A program made the translations under genes and the position numbers. A DNA stretch of 64,000 nucleotides, from the NCBI RefSeq assembly GCF_009914755.1, contig NC_060928.1; one strand, 5' to 3'. Origin of the DNA: the human T2T-CHM13v2.0 reference genome, Homo sapiens. Below are positions 27,836 through 40,440 of the stretch, piece by piece. Numbering within the stretch: the stretch's first letter is position 1; the number at the start of each line of letters is the position of its first letter. The notes under the pieces were generated by a model that worked only from the letters and a program-made list of their open reading frames with translations, had not been told where the DNA came from and did not search any database.

Positions 27836-29324
27836 CTATATCTTTTTGTGGCTGCCTTGGGTTTCATGTGGAAATTTCCCTGAAATGGAGCCAAGAACTG
27901 GAGTCAATAATCTGAGTTCTTTGCAGATTATTTAAGGAAACTGGCCTCCCTAGCACTTGCCAGGCTACCTAATGGTGGTCAACCAGGGGCAGTCATTGCT
28001 AAGGGTGACTGCAATTACTGGGTCAGAGAACCCTGGAAAATCATTCATTTTTTAGTCATATTTGGTCTTTTAGAATAGCTGAAGATATTTCTAGTAGGAC
28101 CTCTTTGTAGCATTCAAGTTGTTTTTCAGAGTCCACAGACACTTCCAGTGCTCTCTTTGAAATAAATGATTTAGTAAATCTTTGGGGTTAACCTTCCTTT
28201 ATAGCCTGATGTTTGCAATGGTGTGGACTCAAAGCTGCTGGCTTAATGCTGATGGTCTCTACTATAGCCCTCCAATCTATTGATAACTGTGATTTCAGAA
28301 AACCAGATGGACTTCAGTTTTGATTCTAATTTGTCACTGAAAATTGTAGTTTGTCTCCAACAAACCATGAGCTTTTTTTCTCTTGCCAAATATTTAATTT
28401 ATAAAATATTAAGTGATATGTTTATCAGAACCCAGCACCTATTGAATCATAATTTCCTTCCACTAGTTATACCATCTATCATGACTAAGTTTACTTTTAT
28501 TCATTCGTGAATATCTATTGAGCATCTATTATGTGCTAGACACCGGGGTACAAAATGGAATGAGATAAACATGGCACTCTTCCTTGAAGAGCCTACAGGC
28601 CTGACACAGAACTAACCAAATAATTACAGTGCAGCATGGTGGGTGATATTATATGGGAAGAATGGCACAGTGTATGGCTTAGAGTGTATGCTCAATCAAA
28701 ATTTGATTAATGAAAGAATTAATTAATAATATGGGAGCACTTGGCAGGTACAATTAATCCAGCCTTGAAAGAAGCCTTCTATGAGGAAATGATTTAAACT
28801 GAGACCTGAAGGATGAGTATGAGTAGGAATTTGAAAAAGGAGGAAGGGAAGGAAAGGGGTGACAACAGAGAAAGGTATTTTGGATAGGAAGAACAAATTC
28901 CAAAGCAAAAAGTCATTTCAAGAAACATGACACCCTGGAAAAACTGAATTAAACATAGGATGCTTAGAGTGTGTAGAATAACATAAAATAAGGCTGGAAG
29001 ATAGGCAGAGGCCAAAGCCTGCACAGATTTGTAAGAAAATTAAGAAGATTGAATGTTATCCTAAAAACAATAAGATCCACGAGAGGGTTTTAAGCAGCTG
29101 GCAAAGGTCATAACCATCTTTGCATTGTAGATGATCTCTCTAGCTGCAGGAGGGATCCAATATTAGAGACAGAGATGATAGTAATCTAGATTGGGCAATG
29201 GTATAAACTATCAAAAGAAGGGTAGTATTCAAGAAGTGATTAGGACGTGTAATCCAAGGGGCTGGGAACTATATGTGAAGGATGAAGGAGAAAAATGAAA
29301 AGATGATCTCCAGGTTTCTGGGGA

Positions 29325-29842
29325 TATGGTTTTTATCTATTGTTGCATAACAAACCCTGCAACATTTAGTGACTAAACAAATTGTTTCATTATTTCTCAT
29401 GATTCTGCAGTGGATGTTGCTGAGCTGGATGGTTCTTCTGCTGATCTTGCTCATGCTTTCTCATGTATTTGCAGTTAGTTGGTGGCTTGGACTTTCCAAG
29501 ATAGCATCATTCACATGCTGGGGGCCTTGGTGCAGATAACTGATAAACTGGGCTCCGCTGGGATGTTGAAAGAGTTTGGCCTCTTCTTTCTTTCCATGTA
29601 GACTCCGCATCCCATTGTCTCCATGGGGTCTCTCCAGAAGGATAGCTGGACATCTAAGATGGCAATTCAAGTCTCCCCAAGGTGCAAAAGTAGAAGCTGC
29701 CAGTACCATGTCACTTCCACCACATTCTATCGGTTAAAGTGGGTCACAGGACAAGGCAGAGTCAATGTGAGAGAGTCTAAACAAAGATATGAACGTGTAG
29801 AGGTGTGATTCATTGAAGCCATCTCTGCAGATGCTACAACAT
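29325..29842 (-). mobile_element. MLT1H/G-like MaLR LTR
   Basis: tatctattgttgcataacaaac...tcacttccaccacattctatcggtt. Confidence 0.7.
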
Positions 29843-30240
29843 ATGATGATACCATTCACTGAGGACAGAAAAACTGGAAGAGAAGCAGGCTTGAGGGAAG
29901 AAGAGCTTTTAAGTTGAATTTCGGACGGACTGAGCCTGAGACATCCCATAGGTGGGGAGATGTTTATAGAGATCTGTACGTTTGAGAGAAGACTGGACTA
30001 GACATACACGTTTAAGAGTCCTCATCAGATGGTCATTGAAAGAGGGAGACAGCACAGAATGGGAGAAGAGAGCCCAAAGTAGAAAGCTAAGAAATTTCAA
30101 TATTGAAAGACTGGGAAGGGGAAAAGAAATCTCAAAGGGAGGCTGAGAAGATGAAGTCAAAGGAATGGGAGGAATATCAGGAGAGCTTTGAGTTGCATAA
30201 TCCAAGGAAGACTGGCAGAGTCAGATGCCTCCAAAGAGAC

Positions 30241-30998
30241 TGTGAGTCAGAATAAGTTAGGTGATGCTGCAGTAATAAAATAATCCCTAAAGTCACAGCG
30301 GCTTTGCCAGAGGCATTCAAACCACAGCAACTCCATCTTGAATAGGAACTGGGTAAAATGAGGCTGAGACCTACTGAGCTGCATTCCCAGGAGGTTAGGC
30401 ATTCTTAGTCACGGGATGAGAAAGGAGGTCGGCACAAGATACAGGTCACAAAGACCCTGCTGATAAAACAGGATGCAGTAATCTAGCAGCCCATGCCACT
30501 GGCTCTGCCTATGGAGTAGCCATTCTTTCATTTCTTTACTTTCTTAATAAACTTGCTTTCACTTTATGGATTTGCCTTGAATTCTTTCTTGTGTGAGGTC
30601 CAAGAACCTTCTTCTGGCATCTGGCTCAGGTCCCCTTTCAGGTAACAGCTTTATAATAAAAGTTGATTTCCCCCCTCACACTCAGTCTGTCGCAGGACCC
30701 TGAGGAAACTCACCTCTGAGCAGTGATCCAAGAGTCCAGACTGGTTCCATCCTGTGTGTCTTCCATCTGCAGATAAGACCTCAACAACCACAGTGACAGG
30801 GGGAGGGAAGGCAGGAGGGCTCACACATGTGCTTCTAGGTTTCGGCACAAAAGTGACACACATCACTTTCCCTTAAAGGATTTGGCCAGAAGCAGATTGC
30901 AAACTAACAACAAGGGAGGCAAGAAAATGCGGCCTTGTACATTCAGGAAGAGAAAAGTGATTAGAACTTCGTGAGCACATAGTATTGTCTTTGCCACG
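30241..30998 (-). mobile_element. MLT1I/J-like MaLR LTR split by MER41
   Basis: tgagtcagaataagttaggtgatgctgcagtaa ... gtctttgccac; halves rejoin across the MER41 TSD. Confidence 0.65.
30305..30647 (+). mobile_element. MER41(B-like) ERV1 solo LTR, internally deleted (343 bp)
   Basis: TG...CA termini, 4-bp TSD GCTT, gcaactccatcttgaatagg and ttaataaacttgctttcact MER41 motifs. Confidence 0.88.
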
Positions 30999-32679
30999 CA
31001 GATCAAGTAAGATGAAGACTAAAAAGTGTCTTTTGGATGGAGCCACAAATTATCTTTGTATTCTAAGCAACTCACCCTAATAAACCCTCAAAAAATATGC
31101 CTCTTGAGATACTTAAGTACCCACTGCATATTTAGTAGTGTGCCTAAATCTCATTCTAAAATAATCCTTAATAACCTTTCAGCCCTAAGAACCTTGGATT
31201 TGAATAACTGGCTCTCCAAGCCTGTATAATAATACCCACCGAAAATATAAGACATCTTCAAGGTGCCTTCCATCATGGTAAAAGCCAATTTGGATAAACC
31301 TGTGGTCAATCTGGCTGACTTTGCCTTTTCAGACAGTCAAAAATATGAATCAACAGAGGCAGTGGCTGTGTGGACGCTCTATTTTAAGCCAGAATCTTTA
31401 ATTGCATTGTCTTTTCTTATGACAAGTAATTAGAAATGACTGCTTCCTACCAGTCTGAATTACAAGATGATTATTTCCCTTTAAGATTCACTGGCTGCTT
31501 GGCATTGCAAGACTGTGGTGTTACTAAAAATACAGTAATTATTGGAGATGGTGGCCAATGAGAAGCAATTTTTCAGCTTTTGGGGTACATTTTAGCCACA
31601 GGGTATGGGCTAAGTGGGAAGGAGCAAAGATTCCATGAGGACCCCACTTGTGGATTTTTCAGAGGGTGGTCCTGGGAATATTGGCATGTCACATCCAAAA
31701 AGCCTCCTTTTCAAACTAGCTTCCCTCCTCATGACTTAATTAACCAAGAATATAAAATTAATCAAAGGCAACGGAGTGATGAACAAGAAAGAATACTGTG
31801 CTTCCAACAAGAAGAAATGATCAATCAGAACCAATAGGAGTGAGACCATTCCTTTCATCAGGGAAGAATTTCAATCTTCAGCCAAAGAAAAAGAAAGAGG
31901 CCTGGAGAAAATCAGCCCAGGGAAGTATTTCAGGTGGTGGGTAAACATTGTGTTGTCTTGTAGGCACCATTTCCCCTAATGATGGGAAATAATCAATTAT
32001 TCTAAAAACATTAATGTGGTGAGTAAAAGATGCATTCAAATTAAAGTCTTATGCTCCTCTGGTAAAAGTCAGTCCAAGTTAGAAAAATAAGAATGCCCAA
32101 GCAATAGGGAGCACATGATTCAGAGAAAGTTCACAGGGCAAATTCTTCATAGTTGCAACTAAGAATTATTGCCACTAATAAGACAATGCTTTCTGCTTCC
32201 TCCATGACACATCTCAAAGGAAGGATGTTGAGTTAGAAACTTACCATCCCAACATTTTTGTTTAATCTCCTATAAAATATATCCAGGTTTCAAAAGACAG
32301 TGTGGCTCCATCAACATGATGATTTATTTGACACAGGTACCTGCGCAAGGGAGGACTAACAGAGGGGGGTCCGCACAGTCAAAGTGGTTGATCTCATTGG
32401 ATCCTCAGAAGGACAGAAGAAGCATCCGGATGGTCTGTGCCAGATAGTTTGCAAAGCCATATATTTAAGAAACAGAAGCCAGAGAGAGGCAGACAAATCT
32501 GGACATTTTACTACCATATAACAAGGGCTTGCAAATGGCCATGTAGCAGTCATTAGCCATCACTGTAAGCATATGATAATCTCTGATTATCAGGACAATG
32601 AAAAAGTAGAATTATAAAACATAACCAACCTGTGTATGTACTTTTGAACCTAAAATAAAAGTTAAAAAACAAAAAAACC

Positions 32680-32985
32680 GGCCAGATATGGTGGCTCATG
32701 CCTGTAATCTCATCACTTTGGGAGGCCAAGGCAGGTGGATCACCGGAGGTCAGGAGTTCAAGACCAGCTTGGCCAGCATGGCGAAACCCCGTCTCTACCA
32801 AAAATACAAAAATTAGCCAGGTGTGGTGGTGTGCACCTGTAATCTCAGCTACTCGGTAGGCTAAGGCAGAGGATTGCTTGAACCCGGGAGGCGGAGGTTG
32901 CACTGAGCCGAGATCGTGTCACTGCCTGGGCGACAGAGCGAGACTCCATCTCACAAAAAAAACAAAAAACAAACAAAAAAAAAAA
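32680..32985 (+). mobile_element. AluS inserted at the A tail of a short L1 3' fragment (~32590-32678)
   Basis: Full Alu preceded by tgaacctaaaataaaagttaaaaaa, an L1 terminus. Confidence 0.9.
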
Positions 32986-33881
32986 CTTACACAACCAATG
33001 AAGAAAATGGTTTTTCTCTTGGATAGGAAATTAACCAATATCTGAGGAGTGACATTGAGAGTATAACAGAGAACTGCAAAGGAGAGGTGACTGAGGAAGA
33101 AGTACATTGGAATGTGAAGTTTTCAGTCACTTCTAATGATCAAAATCATGCTCAAATTGCCCATTACCATAATAAGGTAAATGACCAGGAACGTGACAGA
33201 AAAAAAGGACAAGCTGCAACTCGGCTTGATCTGTCGGTCCCAGGGGAATAAACTCAGCTATGGCTGTCCAGTGTTTCTTTGACATTGTATTTGCTTGGCT
33301 TCTAATGAGGTCTAAAGAAAAGAAAAGAAAAGAGAAAGCATTTGTCTTTTGTCATTTAGCCATTTCCAAAAAAGACAGTATGGCTACTTTTAGTCTCCTG
33401 TAATTGTTTCTTGGTCCCATGAATGAGATAACATTTTACTGTAAAGAGGTGAAAATGTGTGGGTTTGCAAAATGTAAAAACAAAGTCGGAAGATTCAGAA
33501 GGATGAGCCACACTACACATAAAAGTGCATTAATGACTTATTTTATAATCATAGAGGATTCTGTGCTTTGAAAAGAAAGTACTTTTTAAAAAGAAGATAT
33601 TATTTCTTTAAAGTTTAGCAAAATTTGTCTTCCAACTTCGTAATATTTAAGCCATAATGAAAAGTATTTTCTTTTGTTTCCTTTCTTATGCTCCGAACTA
33701 GTAAGTTCTTGTCCATAGAGTTGAGCAAACTTTCCTCCCATTTCCTTCCATCCTCACCCACTTTGTGATCTCAGATGAACCAGCTTCATATGTAGCCTGC
33801 CCCTCCACCACTGCTCCTTTTTTTTTAACCATAAATAAGCATGTAATGGGTAGAAAGTTTGTTTAAAATTTAAATTATGCC

Positions 33882-34168
<287 letters not shown>

Positions 34169-36589
34169 TTGCCTATACACCAAAGGATCCCATAATGAGT
34201 GGGAGAAAAAGTTACTGGGTAGGAAGGTAGATAGATAATAGACAGATGGAGATGGATAATTTTTCCCCTCTCCAAAATAGGAAAAATATGCTTGTGGCTG
34301 CATGGAAAAAAATCTTAAATATTTCAAACACTTGACTATTTCTGATGAGGGATAGACAAGGGAGTAAGAGGTGTCATTTTTAATTTTATCCACTTACCTA
34401 TTGTTTTGGATTTTTCCAGTGAATAATTATTACTTTGATAATTACTTAATCATTTGATTTTTAAATCAAGAACTGAATTTATAGAGATACTTAACCATGG
34501 TAGTGGGGGTATTTCTAAAAGAGAAACTATTTTTTAAAATACAAGATGTCTTTAACTTGAGAATGTTGCGATAGAGAAAGTTAGTTCTTTGTAACCTATC
34601 GCACACATAGAAATAATGCTAACCTATTTAACATAGCTGAACTACCATATATTTGGGTAGAAGATATTCATTTCAAAATTAATGGCTCAACAAAAAAAAT
34701 TACATGTAAAAAAAAGTTTTTCCTAAATGTCTTCGTTAGAAACAGATGATCTTTTTGCAGAGACTGAAGGAAACTTCTGAGTACACCAAAGGCTTGCTAA
34801 CACTGATTCTTTATTATGTTGTCTGAGGTTCCAGTGTTTGACTTTTATCCTTATTACTACTAGTGTTACCCTTACATACATTAAACAGGATAAAGGTTTT
34901 TTGTTGTCATTTTTCCCGTTTTATTTTTGTTTCTGTTTTGATGCATGATGAGAAAAAGAGGTGGAAGAAGTTATGTGTAACAGGAGAAAATTGCTCAGGA
35001 AAGAAAAAGAGATCCCTGAGGTCTTGGACAAAAGTTTAAGAGAGACACAACAAAGAAAGATGTGCTCAAAGAAGATATGCATATAGATATGAGGAGGGGA
35101 TTAGCTGAATATAAACAACTGAATTACAGCTGTTGAAAAGCAGTGGTGAGGGGCAGGGTAGATGCAGTATGTTCACCCTTCAAGAGAAGGTAATACTTGG
35201 GTTCAAACAATTCCACGTTTTGCCAGAAGGTGGAGCAGTTGTCTCAGTGTGGCTTGGTTGCTGTTTCTTGTGACCTCTGACTGGGTAGGGAGATTTAAAA
35301 ATAATAAAAATAAAAATAAAAAAGCACAGTGCAACAATCTATTTGCATTACAGGATTTCCTAAGTCAGGAGTTTGTAACTTGAGGAGTCCTTATAACAGA
35401 CTTTTAAGTAGCTTCAACCATTTTGTATATGACTAGAATAATCTCTATTCATCTCGAATAGAAAAGATGACAGAGGAAAAGTTGACTTATCTTAAAATCA
35501 CAAAGAAAAGTTTCTCAACCCACTCAAAAGTTGTAAGAGGAGAAAACTTTTGAGCAATAATTTAAAGTCACTTTGGACAATGCTTAGTGCATCAAGAATC
35601 TTCAAATACTGAGTTTGGTTATTCATCAGGTCTTATATATCCAAGTACATATGGCTTCTAACATGACTTAAAAAGCTTACAGACCATAGTCTTTAAAAAT
35701 CATCCTTGTTGATTGATACTTAACGACATTGATTCTGCTGTATTAGATTGAGTGGTTTATTTTAAGCTACAGTGCAAAGAGCAGTACTTTGCTTGAAAAC
35801 AGTAAAATAATAATGATAATCATTTTTCTTCTCCCCCTCTTTTAGGCTTTGACCAGGAGAGAATAACTACAAGAAACTACTAATTTACAAAATGTGCAGA
35901 TGACCTAGTTTATTCATAACCATAGGAGTTTTAATTTATTAAGCAACAATTTAATATAAGCAGTGCTAGTAATTCTAGTTTACTGTGTGTTTTGTAGGAG
36001 AATAATGTATTACTTAATGGGGAAGATAAATTTCTTATTGGAAAATTTTAATAATGAACAAAATTATGTTTGGGTATTTCCATGGGAAGTAATTAGTTGC
36101 AAAACTGTCCTTCCCTGAAGTGTGGCGGTATTGGTGGCAATTGCTATTTAGTGGTGAATTCCCTTCTAAACGATGTACTCATGCCTTGCTGCAGTAGAGT
36201 GAAGGGAGGACCAGGAATGGAATGACCCATGTGAGAGGTCCAGAGCTGGGAGGAAAGCTCATTAAAGAAGCTCCTGACATCCATTAGCTCCAATCCCTGC
36301 TCCTAGCTACCACCGTGGGGATACGGAGACTGAGGATTCTGCTCCACTCTCCCAAATGACTTGCCAGGCTGCAGAAAGCCTAGGTACCCAGCATATGTCT
36401 CTCCTTTTGGCTTGCTAAACTGCTTAAAACTTGTTCCTGCCACTGAAAAGACCCCTTTGCATCAAGGTATAAGCTCTAGAAAGCCCTTGGTAAAATGCAA
36501 ATGTTAAACCAGATGAGGAACTTATTAATTCGTGTGAATCTGTGAGCACTTGGGCATTCATTAGTAATTATGTTATAGAGAAGTTTTGG

Positions 36590-37200
36590 AAACTGACCAT
36601 GAATTATTAAAACCCTGCAAGTGACAAAACCCCAATTTGAACCAGCTTAAGCAAATAAGAAACTTACTGGCTTGCAAAGCTGAGAAGATGCATGTGGTAG
36701 GTCATGGAATTAAGGGGAGAGCTTCAGGAACAAAGTCACATGGTCTGGAACCAAGAATCCAACACCATCAGAATTCTCTCAACCCATCTCCCAATTTGTT
36801 TTATCTCTGGGTGTTGACATAATACTCTATTACTGAAGATGACCTTTCTCCATCCAGCCAAGGACAATTCATGTGGCAAGATTGGTGCTTATATTATCCC
36901 AGCTTAGCAACGCCAAAAAAAAAAAGAAAAAAGAAACAGAGAGATCCCATATTTCATCTGGTATCCACATATCAATCCCAAGGAAGCCCATGTATGTGTG
37001 GTTCAATAGGTCACATGCCTACCCTTTGGACCAATAACTATTGGAATGGACACCATGATTGGTTCAGTCTGGGACATCTGACTATCTCTGCGGACAGAGA
37101 AGAAGGATGCCATGATAGAATTCCCCAAAAGAGTCCCATGAAGTAGAAAAAGAGTTCTCACACAGAGAAAAGGAAACTAGTACAAGATATAAGACCCAAA
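36590..37200 (-). mobile_element. Old MLT1-family LTR
   Basis: ttgcaagtgaca-like start, gcttaagcaaa, ggtcacatgcc, tgattgg motifs. Confidence 0.5.
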
Positions 37201-37399
37201 AAGCTATTATTCCTCACTGTAGAAGAAAAAAAGTCTAGCATTTTCTGAAGGCATTTTCCATTTTTATTTTTATTTTGTTTCTAGGTTTCACCCTACAGAT
37301 TTTGTATGTGTGGTGGCTTTTGTGCAGACCCACTGTCGGTCTCCTTGGTAAAGATAGTAAGCTGAGGAAACCCAGCCAACTGAAAAGTAAAACTAATGA

Positions 37400-37840
37400 G
37401 CAGTATTTTAAAGGTGGAATCTAAGCTGCTATCACAAAGGTCTCCCAATATTGCGTGGCTTAAACATGAAAGGCTTAACATTACTCTCCCATGTAATAGT
37501 CCAGAACTTAAGAGTCCAGGCTTGTAGAGCAGATCTGCCATCTTCAGCATGCAGCTCCCTTCCCATCCGAGGTGGCTGCTTTATATTTTATGTGCATCCT
37601 AAACATCAGAAAGCATGAAGGGGCAAGGAAAGCCCTACTCATTTCTCTGTAAGGTGCAAGTTGAATATGGTACAATCCCTTTGCCTAGAACAGACATGTG
37701 ATCACACTGAGGTTCAAGGAAAACAGGAAATGTAGTCTCTGGCTGGGCAGCCATGTGTCCAGCTGAAACTTCAGAGTTGGGTTATTATAGGAGGAGAAAA
37801 ATGGATATTGATGAATGATAAGCAGTCACTGCCATACAGC
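37400..37840 (-). mobile_element. MLT1J-like MaLR LTR
   Basis: ctaagctgctatcacaaa...gtggcttaaac...gaaatgtagtct...cagtcactgccata. Confidence 0.65.
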
Positions 37841-39869
37841 ATTATTCCTGATGGCTTGCAGATGAGCTAGAAGGCCAAAGAAAGACTGAACAACTCCTCA
37901 GGGTTACATGTCATCCCTTTCTTCCCTTCTCTTCAGAAGCAACACTAGCCCAGTGCAGGGGAGTCATCTGCTGGGAAAAGTGGGAGCAGGAGCTGTAAGG
38001 CAATAGGGAAAAGCGCCAGAAGCAGAGCCAGTATTCAGTCAATAGCCACTAATATGGCTGCACTCATTGTGAAAATATTAAAATATAGCTGTACCATTGG
38101 GTAAAGGGTCAGTCCCCTAAGTTCTTTTGGATGCCTGTCTGAGACCGTATCTACCCCAACTCCTCTCCTGAGACTGTCATGCATCTCCCATGATGCAGCA
38201 GCTAAAGCGTTAATGTCTGGCTCAGAGAGAGTCTCTAGAGATCAGAGCCTCTGTGATGGATACTCCACTGTGATCAGCCGGTGCTGATTGGTGATAGTTT
38301 GAAGATCATCCTTGGCTAGAAGCCTAACACACAGTGACCTACCTCAGCCACCAAATTCACTCTAAAATAAAGATAGAAGTGCAATGGATGGAGGTTACTG
38401 AACCTCATCCTTATTGTGCATTTGAAATCTTGCTATAGATACCAAGATTCTGAAGTTGAGTCAGATTTCCGTGACTCATGACATCAGCGAACATGACCTG
38501 TAGGTGATGTTTATTTTGATAGAAGGGAAAAAGTTCAGTTTCTGAGTGAGAGAAAGTCCGATGATGTCTCTAAAACAATGCAAATAAGCCATTGAGAAGT
38601 CAAAATGTGGGAAAGCCAGAATTAATCTAAAAGAGGGCCCTCCCAAGGGCATCTTCACACCACTGAATCCTTCTTTCAGCTGGGTTAGAGAGGTGCGATG
38701 GAATAGGAAGATTTGGGGATAGAAGGTCTGGATACTAGTGTAAGTAGTGGAAAGAATGGGTTTGGAGCCTGTTTCTCTGATTACAATCTGTACAGCTAGT
38801 CTCCATATCTGTAAAGTAGAGGATAATAATACTGTCTTTACCACAAATATAAAGGCTATAAGGGTTGAATGAATTAGGCATGCTGGGGGACTGGTATGCA
38901 GTAGACACTCAATACAAATAAGTCCACATTTCTTTTGCTTTTATTCTCTTGTCCTCTTCCCCCACTTACCCACACCCAGACACATATCACCTCCCACACA
39001 CACTTGCATAGGAATTTGTAGTGGAACCACAGTCAGGTAACTTAATGTATTTCTTGGGTTTTTAACATGAAAAAACAAGGAGAATGCCACATTTCTTGAG
39101 TGATGATGAGATTATGAATGCACAGCGGATACAGATGTGAAGGACTACTAGTGTGGTCAAGAGGAGCAAAAGGAGGTGACAGATTTACATATTTTCCATG
39201 CATAGCTCCATAATTTCTACAGCGTAACTTATAAACCATCAACACTAAACATTTCAGTTTACTTCTGGGTTAAAGCAAGGATATGTAACATTGAATATAC
39301 CAATAATTACAGCAAACAATTCCATCTTTTAAAATGTGCCTGGCCCAAAGTAGACACTCAATCAGTATCTGTTGAGTAGAATGGATTAGTGATGAATCCA
39401 GCAGATTTTTTAAGGCAAAGGCAACAAAAAATAGAATGTACTTAAGGTATGCATGCACTTATTTCATACCAAACCCAGACTAATGTTTGAAGAAATGAAA
39501 ATGAACCAGCTCATGAATTAAGCTGAAATTTACACTTCTCCTCCAACTAGTAATTACTTTAAGGAGAGCCTCTGCCTCAGTCATTGTCAGCTAAGAGATG
39601 AAAATGCATGCTTTTTCTAAATGTATATTTGAATTTCCAAAGTCTTGCATTTCACATGAAGAACCATATTTCAGTCAACATTTCCACTTACTAAAAGGAA
39701 ATAATCAACGAATAAACTTTGTTTTTGAAGAAATACCTTTGTAAAGAGAAGTCGAAATTTATACATAATTCATGAATTGGCAAATGCTTTTTCTGTGTTT
39801 CTTTAGCATTGCTCACGTAAAACACCTGGCCCAGAGGTGCAAAGTACGCCTTCTCTCTGCAGAGCCATC

Positions 39870-40440
39870 AACAAGTGTTTGTTGAGTGTCTTTTGGACTC
39901 TATACTAGAGAATCACAAGGTGGTGGCAAGAAACCATTAGAGACAGGGAGGGATGCCATCAAGAGAATTTCTAATGTGTTAATAAAACACATTCCCTCAA
40001 ATTAGATCTGGTTTGGGGGGAGTAAAATTTGGAAGGTTAGAAAAAAAGGGAACATGTGGCTATTCCTTTAGGAAGGGCCTTGTGGGCCATAATAAAGAAT
40101 TTAGACTTTATCCTATAGCAACAGGAAGCTGTTAAAGATGTTTGGTGGCATGTGTAGAGTGATAGAGAAATTGACCAGATCTGTACTTTGGAAAAATGAT
40201 ACTGGCAACTTAGGCAGGATGAATGGGAGGGGCTAAGCCTGAAAGCAAGGGGCTAATCAAGGAGGCTGTTACAAAAGCCCAGGTAATAAATGCAGGGAGT
40301 GCTGACCTCAGACCATTTCCATGAGGACACTGATTAAAGCGGGGTGGGGGACGGTTCAGGGAATATTAAGGGGATGGAATCAATAAGCATCTGAGGACAG
40401 GCAGGGGAGAGCACTTGTGGGTCAAAACTGACAATAAGAC
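39870..40440 (-). mobile_element. L2 fragment
   Basis: tcaacaagtgtttgttgagtg; gaatttagactttatcct; ggaggctgtt L2 motifs. Confidence 0.55.

Larger units (their letters stand above)
28495..31040 (-). mobile_element. L2 LINE fragments interrupted by MaLR and ERV1 LTRs
   Basis: L2 3' end tattcattc..tattgagcatctattatgtgc at 28495; purine-rich L2 body resumes after each LTR. Confidence 0.7.
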
